From Nanobdellota archaeon (GTDB taxonomy: Archaea > Nanobdellota > Nanobdellia > Pacearchaeales > GW2011-AR1), in contig JAKADZ010000001.1 in assembly GCA_021818475.1 (NCBI GenBank), forward strand, positions 5,997 through 69,996: DNA of 64,000 nt, given 5' to 3'. Within the stretch, counting starts at the first letter, position 1; each line of letters begins with the position of its first letter. The translations under genes were made by a program, and so were the position numbers. Of the stretch, positions 1 through 8,058 are shown in pieces. Below the pieces are notes generated by a model. That model was not told the DNA's origin and made no database searches. It was given only the letters and a program-made list of their open reading frames with translations.

Positions 1-3000
1 CTGGAATTCCCATAAACATTTTTTAACCTTATATCAGATGTGCAAATTATCTGCCCATTTGCATCTGTTGTCAATGAACAGCTTTTTGCAGTTGTTTGAG
101 TTATATTTCCATTAACAGATAATTTTGCAATCGGGCTTGTTGTTCCTATTCCTACATTTCCTGTATTATTTTGTATGTATAATCTTGTTGCAGTTACAGG
201 GCTGTCAACAATAGAATATCCTCCATCACCCGGTCTTAATCCAGTAATCCAATTATAAGTTGCACCTGTTAAATATTGTAACTGTGCAGAATAAGTTATG
301 TTTCCTCTTGAAATATCTATTGCTGTCCCTGCGGAACTATTTACCATAAAATTATCTAATGGGCTTGTTGTTCCTATTCCTACACTTCCTGTTGAACCAT
401 CAATAACTAATGAAGGAGTATAAGTTAAAGCACTTGGGTCTGAACCATAAGCTTGACTATTAGTTGAACGTTGTATTACAAAATTAGGGTAACCTGATGT
501 TCCAAACCCTGTATATGCTGAACCTAATTTAACAGCTCCTTGAGTAGTCCCTAAATCATTTGTTAGATAAACCTGAGAACCATAATCCCCACTTCCAGTG
601 CTTTCTAACCATACGTGCTGATTTGTTGCTGCCCCGAATCTTGAAGTTCCTGCTACATCTAATGTTGCTTGTGGAGTATTTATTCCAATTGCAACATGAC
701 TCACAGGGAAAGCAACAGAATTATCTGTGATATTAAACCTTTGTAAAATGGCTCCTGTTTTTGAAATTCCAAAAATATCCTGACCTGGTGTCCCGAATGA
801 ACCAAACAAACCATGCCCTGTATTATTAACATCAACGACAAATTGTGCAGTCCCATTAACGTGTATTCCATTTGTTGCTGAAGAGCTGAGAACATCAAGA
901 GTATATTGAGGATTAGTTGTTCCTATTCCTACATTTCCCCCTGTTGCTGACAAGAAAACATTCCCTCCTGAATTAATTGATAAATTCTGCCAATTTGCAA
1001 AATTATCTGTTGATGCTCCTATCGCCACTGCACCAACTCCATTGTCTGTTCTCTTAAATACTTGAAGATGAAAATTACTTGCAGTTTGAACATCAAGAGG
1101 ACTATTAGGTAAAGTTGTTCCTATCCCTACATTTCCCGTTCCATTCTGAATTGTTAATCTATTTGTTGCTCCATTTTCATAAATAAAGAAATTTCCATTT
1201 GGATTTGGTCCTCCTCCAGAAGTCCCCATAGCCCATCCAAGATTATTCGCATTTGTATTTATAATATCTAATCCTATTGAATTAGTTGAAGTCCCATTTA
1301 TTAAAAGAGCATTTATTCCATTATAATTTAAAGTTAAAAAATTTGTCGGGCTTGTTGTTCCTATTCCTACATTTCCATTTCTAAGAATAGTCATCTTTGT
1401 TACATAAGGAGATGTTCCTGTCGCTGCAGTATCAAATAATAAATCTCCTCCTCCCCCAGATTGAAGAACAGTTCCAATTCTTGAAATATTATTTACTCCT
1501 GCACTATATCCAAAATTGATATAACTAGTTGTTCCAACACTTCCACCGCTTTGCCAAATTCCAAGGTTTGGAGAAGCAGAATTAATATCTAATATATCAT
1601 CTGGAGAAGTTGTTCCTATTCCAACATTTCCTGAAGTTCCATTAATAAACATTCTTGAAGTTAGAACATAATTTGTATTTGCAGTTAATCCAGAATTTCC
1701 AGAAAATAATAAGTTTCCCAAAGAATCAAACTGAATTACGGATGCGGCAGTTCCTTCCGTTTGCCAATAACCTGCCGTGTTATATTGAGCAGTTCCTACC
1801 CAAGCACCATTACCTGCAGTAACTTGTCCCATAGATAAACTTTGAACACTTGAAGTTCCTTGTTTTAGTTTAAATCCAGTATATCCTCCAATTCCCCCAG
1901 CAGCATTTATTTCTAAAGTTGCTCCTGGGCTTGTTGTTCCTATTCCTACATTCCCCGTTCCATTTGCAATTACTAAATCTTTAACATTTGTTGCACCATC
2001 TGCAATATAAAAATAACCTGCCAAAGGATTTGGTGTTACTGCTACTACTCCTGCATCCCATGCAGAAATACTGTTATTATATCTTATTATTGGATAATTT
2101 GAAGTTCCTGACCCTGCTAAAGTCTGCAACTGTAATAACACCTGAGGATTAGTTGTTCCTATTCCTACATAATTAGAATTTGCATTAACAAATAAAGTCC
2201 CTCCATTCACAGTTAGATTACTGGTTAAATTTGTAGTTCCAACAACGTTTAAAGTTGCCTGAGGATTGCTTGTTCCTATGCCTACATTCCCTCCTGTTCC
2301 CCCCATTAAATAAAGATTATTTCCAATTTGCATAGGGAGGTTTGTAGCATTTGAATAATTTCTTGCATTTAATATACCATAATTTGTGGTAGGGTCAAAA
2401 TTCATAACTATTGCTCCTGATGTTGAACCTAAATCATCATAAGTTGCACTTCCAGTTGAATAAATTCTTCCAGTTGATTTCAATGATGTTGCTCTTGCAT
2501 AACCATTAACATCTAAAGCTACATTAGGTGAGAGTGTTCCAATTCCTACATTCCCTGATTGGAGTATATTAAATACTCTTCCAGAAGAAGAAGTAGTTCC
2601 ATTAACTATGCTTAAAGAGTTAGTTCCATCTTGATTATAATCATTAATAATTGTCCATCTTGGAACATTTCCATCGGTTACAGTATTAATAAAATCAATT
2701 CTTGAAGCTCTGTTAGTTGCCCCGTTTCCTGCAATTAATTTTAAATCTGCTTGTCCTGTTCCCGCACTTGCATTAATATTTATTTGCGAACTTGTTCCTC
2801 CAGAACTTTGAATATCTAATAAAGCATTTGGACTGCTTGTTCCTATTCCTACATTTCCAGTTGTATTTTGAATAGTTAATCTTGTTGCAACTCCTGTTTC
2901 ATCAAAATATAAATTACCCCCAATATTATTTATATCCCATCTTTTCCCCGTGGAAAGTGCGTCTGTAGAATTAAAAATTATTGCTGTGTTATTCCCATCT

Positions 3001-4640
3001 ATCTGAATATACCCTGGACTTGCCCCCCCATTAATTTCTAATAATCTCTGAGGATTTGTTGTTCCAATTCCTACATTCCCCGTGTTAGTAATTATCATTC
3101 TTTGATTAGCACTTGCACTTCCTCCTGTGTAAAAATTTATATTTCCTAAAACACTTACTGCTCCAAGAGTTAGACCTCCAATATCATTTGCTTGTAAAAG
3201 TGTGCTATTTGGTTGTAAAATTCCGCTTCCAGTAAAGTTTGAATTTAAAAAAGCTAAATAACCATAATGTCCACCCGATGTAGATGAACCCATTAAAATT
3301 CTTGATAGTGCAGCGTTATCTGTGGTATCTGGATTTAAGAGATTTATTTGTGTAGCAGCATTTTGATTAACATTTATCTCTAGATTTGCACTCGGACTGC
3401 TTGTTCCTATTCCTACATAATTAGCAGGATTATTCAGATAAATATTACTTCCTGATTGATTCCATGCTGCATTGTTATAAACTGTGTTATTATAAGTTAA
3501 AATATTTTGATTAAATGAAGTGTTCGCAATTATCGACGCTGTCGCATTGTATAAATTTTGAATGTTTAATGTATTATTAATTGAACTAATCTGCAAATTA
3601 GTATAAACATTTGCAGGAGCTGTCTGATTAAATGCAAATTGAGAAATGTTTGTTCCTGCTAAAAGAGTTTGAATATTTAATGTATTATTTCCTATCCAGT
3701 TCCCGTTAAAATTAGAAGCATTGATGTATCCTGAAAAAAATCCGTTTCTCCAGTTATAATTAGAATTTCCTATATCAAATAAATTATTAAATGCAGGATA
3801 TAAACTTCCGTTTGTATTTATTGTGCTGACGTTTATTGAACTTATATTATAAACATAAATTGTCTGGGCAAATAAATTTCCGCCCGTAATGCTCACTCCT
3901 CCGCCGCTGAATCCGTTGTTAAAATCAACATTTCCCAATTTTATATTCGTCCCGTTGATTAAATTTTGAATATTTGCTGTGGTATTAATTAATCCAATTC
4001 TTGAATCAGTGTAAGAATTTGCCGGAGCTGTTTGATTATAAGTCCAAGTTGCATAAGTTGAGTTGTAAGTGGAATAAATTCCTGTCGAGTTAATTAAATT
4101 CTGAATGTTTGCTGTGGTATTAATAGAAGAAACATTCTGGCTTATCTTAATAAAAATTGCATCAGTTACCGAATGGACAAATGTTGAAAGATAAGATTCT
4201 AAAATATTTAATATTCCGTTGGAATTTGACATTTGCGTAGTATTAAAATTATCCATTCCCTGCCAGTTAGCTGAATTATTCGCATAAAAAGTGTAAGGAG
4301 TATAAGCAATTTTTGTGACGTTGATTAAACTATTATCCCTGTAGTAACAAAGCCAGTATTGGTCAGAATAATTCAGATTTGTATTTTCTAAATAATACGA
4401 AATTATTCCCCGTGAATCTGTTGTAAGAGTTGAAAAATTTGAATAAACAACATTTGCGCAGTCATTTGTTGTGGAAATATTAAATGTAAAAAGAAAAGTT
4501 CCTGTGGTGATGTCTCCTGAAGAATTTATTGCCTGAATGTTTAAGTGCAAATTATCATTGATGGGAGCAGATGAAACTAAACTTAATGCAAAAACTGAAA
4601 AAAAAATTATTAATGCAAATATCCCCCTTTTCACCATCAT
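1..4640 (-). CDS. Giant secreted tail-fibre-like repeat protein, partial (N-terminus at 4640, C-terminus beyond the left edge)
   Basis: My own minus-strand translation: ATG at 4640 gives MMVKRGIFALIIFFSVFALSLVSSAP, which looks like a signal peptide. The frame was confirmed at motif codons ending at 3417, 1374 and 3. There are 13 copies of G-N-V-G-I-G-T-T-(S/N)-P and the composition is N/T/S/G rich. TSDIRLKNVYG is encoded at 41..9. It is absent from the supplied ORF track, presumably because it has no in-window stop. Confidence 0.85.
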   Translation of the reverse strand, partial: MMVKRGIFALIIFFSVFALSLVSSAPINDNLHLNIQAINSSGDITTGTFLFTFNISTTNDCANVVYSNFSTLTTDSRGIISYYLENTNLNYSDQYWLCYYRDNSLINVTKIAYTPYTFYANNSANWQGMDNFNTTQMSNSNGILNILESYLSTFVHSVTDAIFIKISQNVSSINTTANIQNLINSTGIYSTYNSTYATWTYNQTAPANSYTDSRIGLINTTANIQNLINGTNIKLGNVDFNNGFSGGGVSITGGNLFAQTIYVYNISSINVSTINTNGSLYPAFNNLFDIGNSNYNWRNGFFSGYINASNFNGNWIGNNTLNIQTLLAGTNISQFAFNQTAPANVYTNLQISSINNTLNIQNLYNATASIIANTSFNQNILTYNNTVYNNAAWNQSGSNIYLNNPANYVGIGTSSPSANLEINVNQNAATQINLLNPDTTDNAALSRILMGSSTSGGHYGYLAFLNSNFTGSGILQPNSTLLQANDIGGLTLGAVSVLGNINFYTGGSASANQRMIITNTGNVGIGTTNPQRLLEINGGASPGYIQIDGNNTAIIFNSTDALSTGKRWDINNIGGNLYFDETGVATRLTIQNTTGNVGIGTSSPNALLDIQSSGGTSSQININASAGTGQADLKLIAGNGATNRASRIDFINTVTDGNVPRWTIINDYNQDGTNSLSIVNGTTSSSGRVFNILQSGNVGIGTLSPNVALDVNGYARATSLKSTGRIYSTGSATYDDLGSTSGAIVMNFDPTTNYGILNARNYSNATNLPMQIGNNLYLMGGTGGNVGIGTSNPQATLNVVGTTNLTSNLTVNGGTLFVNANSNYVGIGTTNPQVLLQLQTLAGSGTSNYPIIRYNNSISAWDAGVVAVTPNPLAGYFYIADGATNVKDLVIANGTGNVGIGTTSPGATLEINAAGGIGGYTGFKLKQGTSSVQSLSMGQVTAGNGAWVGTAQYNTAGYWQTEGTAASVIQFDSLGNLLFSGNSGLTANTNYVLTSRMFINGTSGNVGIGTTSPDDILDINSASPNLGIWQSGGSVGTTSYINFGYSAGVNNISRIGTVLQSGGGGDLLFDTAATGTSPYVTKMTILRNGNVGIGTTSPTNFLTLNYNGINALLINGTSTNSIGLDIINTNANNLGWAMGTSGGGPNPNGNFFIYENGATNRLTIQNGTGNVGIGTTLPNSPLDVQTASNFHLQVFKRTDNGVGAVAIGASTDNFANWQNLSINSGGNVFLSATGGNVGIGTTNPQYTLDVLSSSATNGIHVNGTAQFVVDVNNTGHGLFGSFGTPGQDIFGISKTGAILQRFNITDNSVAFPVSHVAIGINTPQATLDVAGTSRFGAATNQHVWLESTGSGDYGSQVYLTNDLGTTQGAVKLGSAYTGFGTSGYPNFVIQRSTNSQAYGSDPSALTYTPSLVIDGSTGSVGIGTTSPLDNFMVNSSAGTAIDISRGNITYSAQLQYLTGATYNWITGLRPGDGGYSIVDSPVTATRLYIQNNTGNVGIGTTSPIAKLSVNGNITQTTAKSCSLTTDANGQIICTSDIRLKNVYGNS

Positions 4641-4849
4641 ATTTTTAGGGCTTAAAGGTTTAAAAATCTTGTTGGAGAGTAGAGTAAAAATTTTCCCTAC
4701 CCTTAATAACCCCGTCGTGAAAATTTTGTTTTAAAGATTTTATTTCGCAAAAACAAAGAATTTTATTTTTTAATAAAAAATAGAATTAAATCAGGAAATT
4801 TTTGAAATTTTTTACTGCTAAATTCTTATCTTTTGAGGAAAGTTTGATA

Positions 4850-5057
4850 AAGAAACCGCGTAGGTTTCGTTCATCAGCCTTGAGCACACTTTCAAGGGGA
4901 AAATGATTGTAAAGAAACCGCGTAGGTTTCGTTCATCAGCCTTGAGCACACTTTCAAGGGGAAAATGATTGTAAAGAAACCGCGTAGGTTTCGTTCATCA
5001 GCCTTGAGCAGTATCTTAAAGGGAGATGTTGATAAGAAGAACCGATAAGGTTCTGCT
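4850..5057 (-). repeat. Tandem 62-bp repeat array (family A): three near-identical units plus one diverged unit
   Basis: The unit hairpin GAAACC starts at 4852, 4914 and 4976 (period 62), with a diverged unit at about 5039. On the minus strand each unit reads TGAACGAAACCTACGCGGTTTC...CCTTGAAAGTGTGCTCAAGGCTGA, with two 6-bp hairpins and a CTGATGA junction. Confidence 0.9.
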
Positions 5058-5058
5058 T

Positions 5059-5077
5059 ATGAGCCTACACGGATTTG
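5059..5077 (-). repeat. Duplicate of the 3' end of tRNA-Ile (19 nt)
   Basis: atgagcctacacggatttg at 5059..5077 is identical to 5170..5188 (T-loop/T-stem/acceptor 3' strand of tRNA-Ile), 111 bp further downstream on the tRNA strand. Confidence 0.9.
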
Positions 5078-5170
5078 GGCATCACTAAAGTTCAGCCTCA
5101 TTCGTCAAAGCCAAATGAAACCGCAAGCGGTTCAAATCAAGAAATAAAATCCGATTTGCAATCGGATAAA

Positions 5171-5299
5171 TGAGCCTACACGGATTTGAACCGTGGACCC
5201 CTGCCTTTCTTAGGATTCAATCGAGTCCTTGAAAACAAATTCCTAAACGGGATTTGCTCTTATAAGAGCAGTGCTCTAACCGGGCTGAGCTATAGGCTC
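5171..5299 (-). tRNA. tRNA-Ile (anticodon UAU) with an intron of about 54 nt at 37/38
   Basis: Manual fold: acceptor GAGCCTA/TAGGCTC, D arm GCTC-AGCCCGGTTA-GAGC, anticodon stem CTGCT/GGCAG, loop CTTATAA, T arm CACGG-TTCAAAT-CCGTG, discriminator A. Loop positions 32-35 (CTTA) pair with intron TAAG, followed by a 3-nt bulge, as in a bulge-helix-bulge (BHB) splice motif. Confidence 0.8.
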
Positions 5300-5398
5300 C
5301 TCATCTTTGTATCTGAGCCAGGATACTTTATTTATAACATCGGCTCCTCGTATAATTGAAACAAACTTAGTATATTTAAAATTTCTTATTTAGAAAAT

Positions 5399-5410
5399 AA
5401 TGCCCCGTCC
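5399..5410 (-). repeat. Duplicate of the 3' end of tRNA-Glu (12 nt)
   Basis: aatgccccgtcc at 5399..5410 equals 5528..5539. A degenerate T-arm copy (AACCCGAATCGAATCCGAGAG on the minus strand) lies at about 5462-5482. Confidence 0.75.
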
Positions 5411-5466
5411 AGCTCGAGCCTCCGCTCATTGCTATTATATTTTTTCCAGCACTCGTGAAAACTCTC
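5409..5466 (-). repeat. Dispersed repeat family C copy (TTTTCACGAGTGCTGGAAAA...GCAATGAGCGGAGGCTCGAG)
   Basis: By eye it aligns over about 60 nt with 8475..8536 (+) and over about 45 nt with 9824..9872 (+). Confidence 0.75.
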
Positions 5467-5529
5467 GGATTCGATTCGGGTTCCCCTCGCTTAAATCTTC
5501 AGAAAAAACAGGATTTACAATCCTGTAAA

Positions 5530-5678
5530 TGCCCCGTCCGAGATTCGAACTCGGGTTACAGCCTTCCTTTGCAGGATTCGGATGAATCCGAATGAAAGTA
5601 AAGTTCTTGCGAACTTTTCATTCAATCCGCTTTCGCGTCTTGAAAGGGATGTGTCCTTGGCCTCTAGACTAACGGGGC
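5530..5678 (-). tRNA. tRNA-Glu (anticodon UUC) with a 76-nt highly structured intron at 37/38
   Basis: Acceptor GCCCCGT/ACGGGGC, D arm GTCTAGAGGCCAAGGAC (as in canonical tRNA-Glu), stem CATCC/GGCTG (one T-C mismatch), loop CTTTCA-intron-A, variable TAAC, T arm CCGAG-TTCGAAT-CTCGG. CTTT pairs with intron AAAG, followed by a GAA bulge. Confidence 0.75.
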
Positions 5679-5763
5679 ATAAAACCGTTAAGAGACTCCC
5701 TTAATGACAGTAAGGAGAGAAAAAATTAGTTTTTAAACATAACTAATAGACTATAGCCTTGAA

Positions 5764-6081
5764 TTATTCAAATTTTTTTATTAATTCATCTTTTATCATT
5801 TTTTTCTTTTCTTTTGAAATATTGAACAGAAAAGATTTAATCATTTTCTCAGAGATAGTAAATATATAATTTAATTTTATTACACTATCTTTTGGCATAC
5901 CCTCTTGTTTTGTCAAAGAAATTCCTTTCATCTTTAAATTGCTGGTTATCCCTGCAACTACAACATTCCCCTGTTCTTCAAATAAAATCAATGCAGGTCT
6001 TGTTTTAACTTCAAATGTGTCTGTATATTGGACTTCCGCTAAAACTACCTGACCAAAATTAAATTTCATCCCAAATTTCAT
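5764..6081 (-). CDS. MazF/PemK-like toxin (type II toxin-antitoxin)
   Basis: 105 aa from MKFGMKFNFGQVVLAEV...RPALIL...VVAGITSN, which resembles a PemK fold. The start overlaps the end of the upstream small gene. The track's longer ORF (to 6144) would overlap the antitoxin by 86 nt. Confidence 0.65.
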   Translation of the reverse strand: MKFGMKFNFGQVVLAEVQYTDTFEVKTRPALILFEEQGNVVVAGITSNLKMKGISLTKQEGMPKDSVIKLNYIFTISEKMIKSFLFNISKEKKKMIKDELIKKFE

Positions 6082-6286
6082 CCTCTTTATTATTCCATAA
6101 TTCTTCCATTTTAGGCTGCTGGATTTTATGCAGGAACTCATCATACTGATTTCTCTTCTTTAGAATAATAAACGTTTTTGCCATCTTTTCTAATAATTCA
6201 CTGTAAGTTTGTCGGGGGTGATCTTTTGCTTCCTTGAGCAGTTCAATCACTTTTTTATCTATCAGGATAGTTGAATCTTTTACCAT
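6059..6286 (-). CDS. Putative antitoxin partner of the MazF-like toxin
   Basis: 75 aa starting at ATG 6286 (MVKDSTILIDKKVIELLKEAK...). The track's start at 6307 is a TTG. A TTTATATA box lies about 27 nt upstream of the ATG, and the gene overlaps the toxin start by 23 nt. Confidence 0.55.
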   Translation of the reverse strand: MVKDSTILIDKKVIELLKEAKDHPRQTYSELLEKMAKTFIILKKRNQYDEFLHKIQQPKMEELWNNKEDEIWDEI

Positions 6287-6365
6287 ATATAAGTTATTAT
6301 ATATCAACTATATAAATATTTTTATATTAAATTTAGATAAACAAATTAATTAAGGGCAGAAAAGA

Positions 6366-7721
6366 CTAAATTTTCTTAACCATATAACTATCTTCCAATT
6401 TATATCCCAACTTACGATAATATTCTCTTACTCCTATTCCTGAGATTACCAGAATTTTTTTTGCACCCTCTGCTTTTGCTATTTTTTCAGCTTCTTTCAT
6501 CAGCATTTTCCCCATTCCTCGATGCTGGCTTGCTGCCGAAGATTTTTTATGAATTTCTAATGATTTTCCATAAACATGAAGTTCTCTGACAATTGCAGTT
6601 TTATCTTTTCTTGGTCTAAGTCTCAAAAGTCCGAATAGAATATCTTCATCATTTACTATTTCAATGAAAAATTCTTTGCCTTCAGAAGCATCATATCTTG
6701 TAACTTTCAATTTCATATTAATATTTTCAGTAGGATTGAACCCAATCTCTCTGAATCTTATTTCAACAATTTTATTTTTTTGTCTTCTTAATTTTTCTTC
6801 AACGTCTTTTCTTAAGTCAATTTTAGTAGTCCCTGCAATAAGATATTCCGGGGGAATCTCCCTCATAATTCTCATGACTCTGCAATATCGCGGAACAACT
6901 CTCAGCATTTCAATAAGGAGATTTTCAATCTGTTCTTTTGTATACGGCTTGTATCTCTTTTTCCAGAAATCTTTTTCAAGTTCTGCCCCTTTAATTATCT
7001 GGCACGGATAAATTTTAAGCTGATCTGGTTTAAATCTTTCATCAGAAAAAATTTTTTTGAAAAGTTCTAAATCTTTTTTTTCATTGCTTCCTGGAAGGCC
7101 GGGCATTATGTGATAACCAACTTTAAATCCGGCGTCTTTCAGCGCCTTTGTCGCATCAGCAACATCTTTCACAGAATGTCCCCTCTTTATCTTTTTGTAA
7201 ATTTTATCATCGGGCATCTGAACCCCAAGCTCGACTCTTGTTACACCAAAATCTCTCATTTCTTTTATGTACTGAATGCAGTCATCAGGCCTGGTCTCGA
7301 CGCAAAGTGCAACACATCTATGTTTGGATTTTTCATTTAATTTCTGTGCTTCAGTCAAACTCTTTGAAACCTTTTCATTGAGGGCATCAAAACATTTTTT
7401 TATAAAATCATTTTTGAATTTCTTTGGATACTGCAAAAAAGTCCCCCCCATAATTATCAGTTCAATTTTTTCAGTCGGATGATGCATAACTTCAAATGCT
7501 TTTATTCTTGCTTTAACCTGCTCATAAGCGTCGTATTTAACTTCAGACGCTCTCATGACAACAGGACTTTTTGGGGTATAACTTTGGGGGACATTTAAAG
7601 AAGGGCAATAAGTGCATGTCCCATGTTTGCAAGCTCTTGGAGGAAGCATTACTGCTACAGGAGTAATCCCGGAAATAGTCTTAGTCGGTTTTCTTATTTC
7701 ATTTTTCTTTGGATTTAACAT
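6366..7721 (-). CDS. elp3: Elp3-type radical SAM/GNAT tRNA modification enzyme
   Basis: 451 aa with an N-terminal CKHGTCTYC cluster motif and a C-terminal GNAT motif QHRGMGKMLM, colinear with archaeal Elp3. Confidence 0.85.
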   Translation of the reverse strand: MLNPKKNEIRKPTKTISGITPVAVMLPPRACKHGTCTYCPSLNVPQSYTPKSPVVMRASEVKYDAYEQVKARIKAFEVMHHPTEKIELIIMGGTFLQYPKKFKNDFIKKCFDALNEKVSKSLTEAQKLNEKSKHRCVALCVETRPDDCIQYIKEMRDFGVTRVELGVQMPDDKIYKKIKRGHSVKDVADATKALKDAGFKVGYHIMPGLPGSNEKKDLELFKKIFSDERFKPDQLKIYPCQIIKGAELEKDFWKKRYKPYTKEQIENLLIEMLRVVPRYCRVMRIMREIPPEYLIAGTTKIDLRKDVEEKLRRQKNKIVEIRFREIGFNPTENINMKLKVTRYDASEGKEFFIEIVNDEDILFGLLRLRPRKDKTAIVRELHVYGKSLEIHKKSSAASQHRGMGKMLMKEAEKIAKAEGAKKILVISGIGVREYYRKLGYKLEDSYMVKKI

Positions 7722-7761
7722 AATATCTCCTTATCGATATTCCTTTTAAAATTATCTAGAA

Positions 7762-7998
7762 TTATTTTTTATTCTCACGCTTTATAACAAAATAGTAAAT
7801 TAATGCTCCGATGAAATAAGTTAATATAATCACAAGAACCCAGATTATTTTTTCAGTGTCATTTTTGAATTTTCTTTTTACACAATCAATAAGCATTAAA
7901 ATCCAGAATACGAATGCAAATACTGCAAGCCCGAATGCAATTAACGCAAAAAAGAATCCAAAAAACCCGACTCCCCACATCATGTTTGTCCAATCCAT
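7762..7998 (-). CDS. Small membrane protein, PLD-nuclease N-terminal (PLDc_N)-like
   Basis: 78 aa with two TM helices and the pattern WILMLIDCVKR...IIWVLVIILTYFIGALIYYF. Confidence 0.6.
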   Translation of the reverse strand: MDWTNMMWGVGFFGFFFALIAFGLAVFAFVFWILMLIDCVKRKFKNDTEKIIWVLVIILTYFIGALIYYFVIKRENKK

Positions 7999-8058
7999 AA
8001 TTTAACTAATGAAAAAGAGTTTAAAAATATTTTTAAAGATTATTTCCCTGCCTTATCT

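Noticed and set aside
701-898. 65-aa ORFs at 701..898 (-) and 4537..4734 (+)
   Set aside because: The first is an alternate frame inside the giant fibre gene. The second is antisense to that gene's signal-peptide region.
4834-4845. GAGGAAAGTTTG resembling the RNase P RNA CR-I motif GAGGAAAGUCC
   Set aside because: The same string recurs inside the 58-bp repeat units at about 10756 and 10814, and no P4 partner or other conserved RNase P region is nearby.
4850-5057. The tandem repeats at 4850, 10721 and 23005 as CRISPR arrays
   Set aside because: The units are contiguous, and the whole 58-62-bp period is repeated with no unique spacers. No cas genes are in the window.
4850-5057. Family A units as C/D box sRNAs (the CUGAUGA junction gives a C box UGAUGA and a D box CUGA, and the unit length of 62 nt fits)
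   Set aside because: The C and D boxes overlap by 3 nt at unit junctions, so adjacent units cannot both be complete. No internal C'/D' boxes occur at the required spacing. The first unit after tRNA-Val lacks the UGAUGA.
4850-5057. Hammerhead ribozyme core (CUGAUGA-A-CGAAAC followed by a hairpin)
   Set aside because: Only one nucleotide (A) separates CUGAUGA from CGAAAC, so there is no stem II. About 16 unpaired nt separate the would-be cleavage site from the hairpin that would be stem I.
4641-5763. An intact integrated element or provirus at the tRNA-Ile/tRNA-Glu cluster
   Set aside because: The duplicated tRNA ends are only 111-129 bp apart, and no integrase, capsid or replication gene is present. 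At most these are scars.
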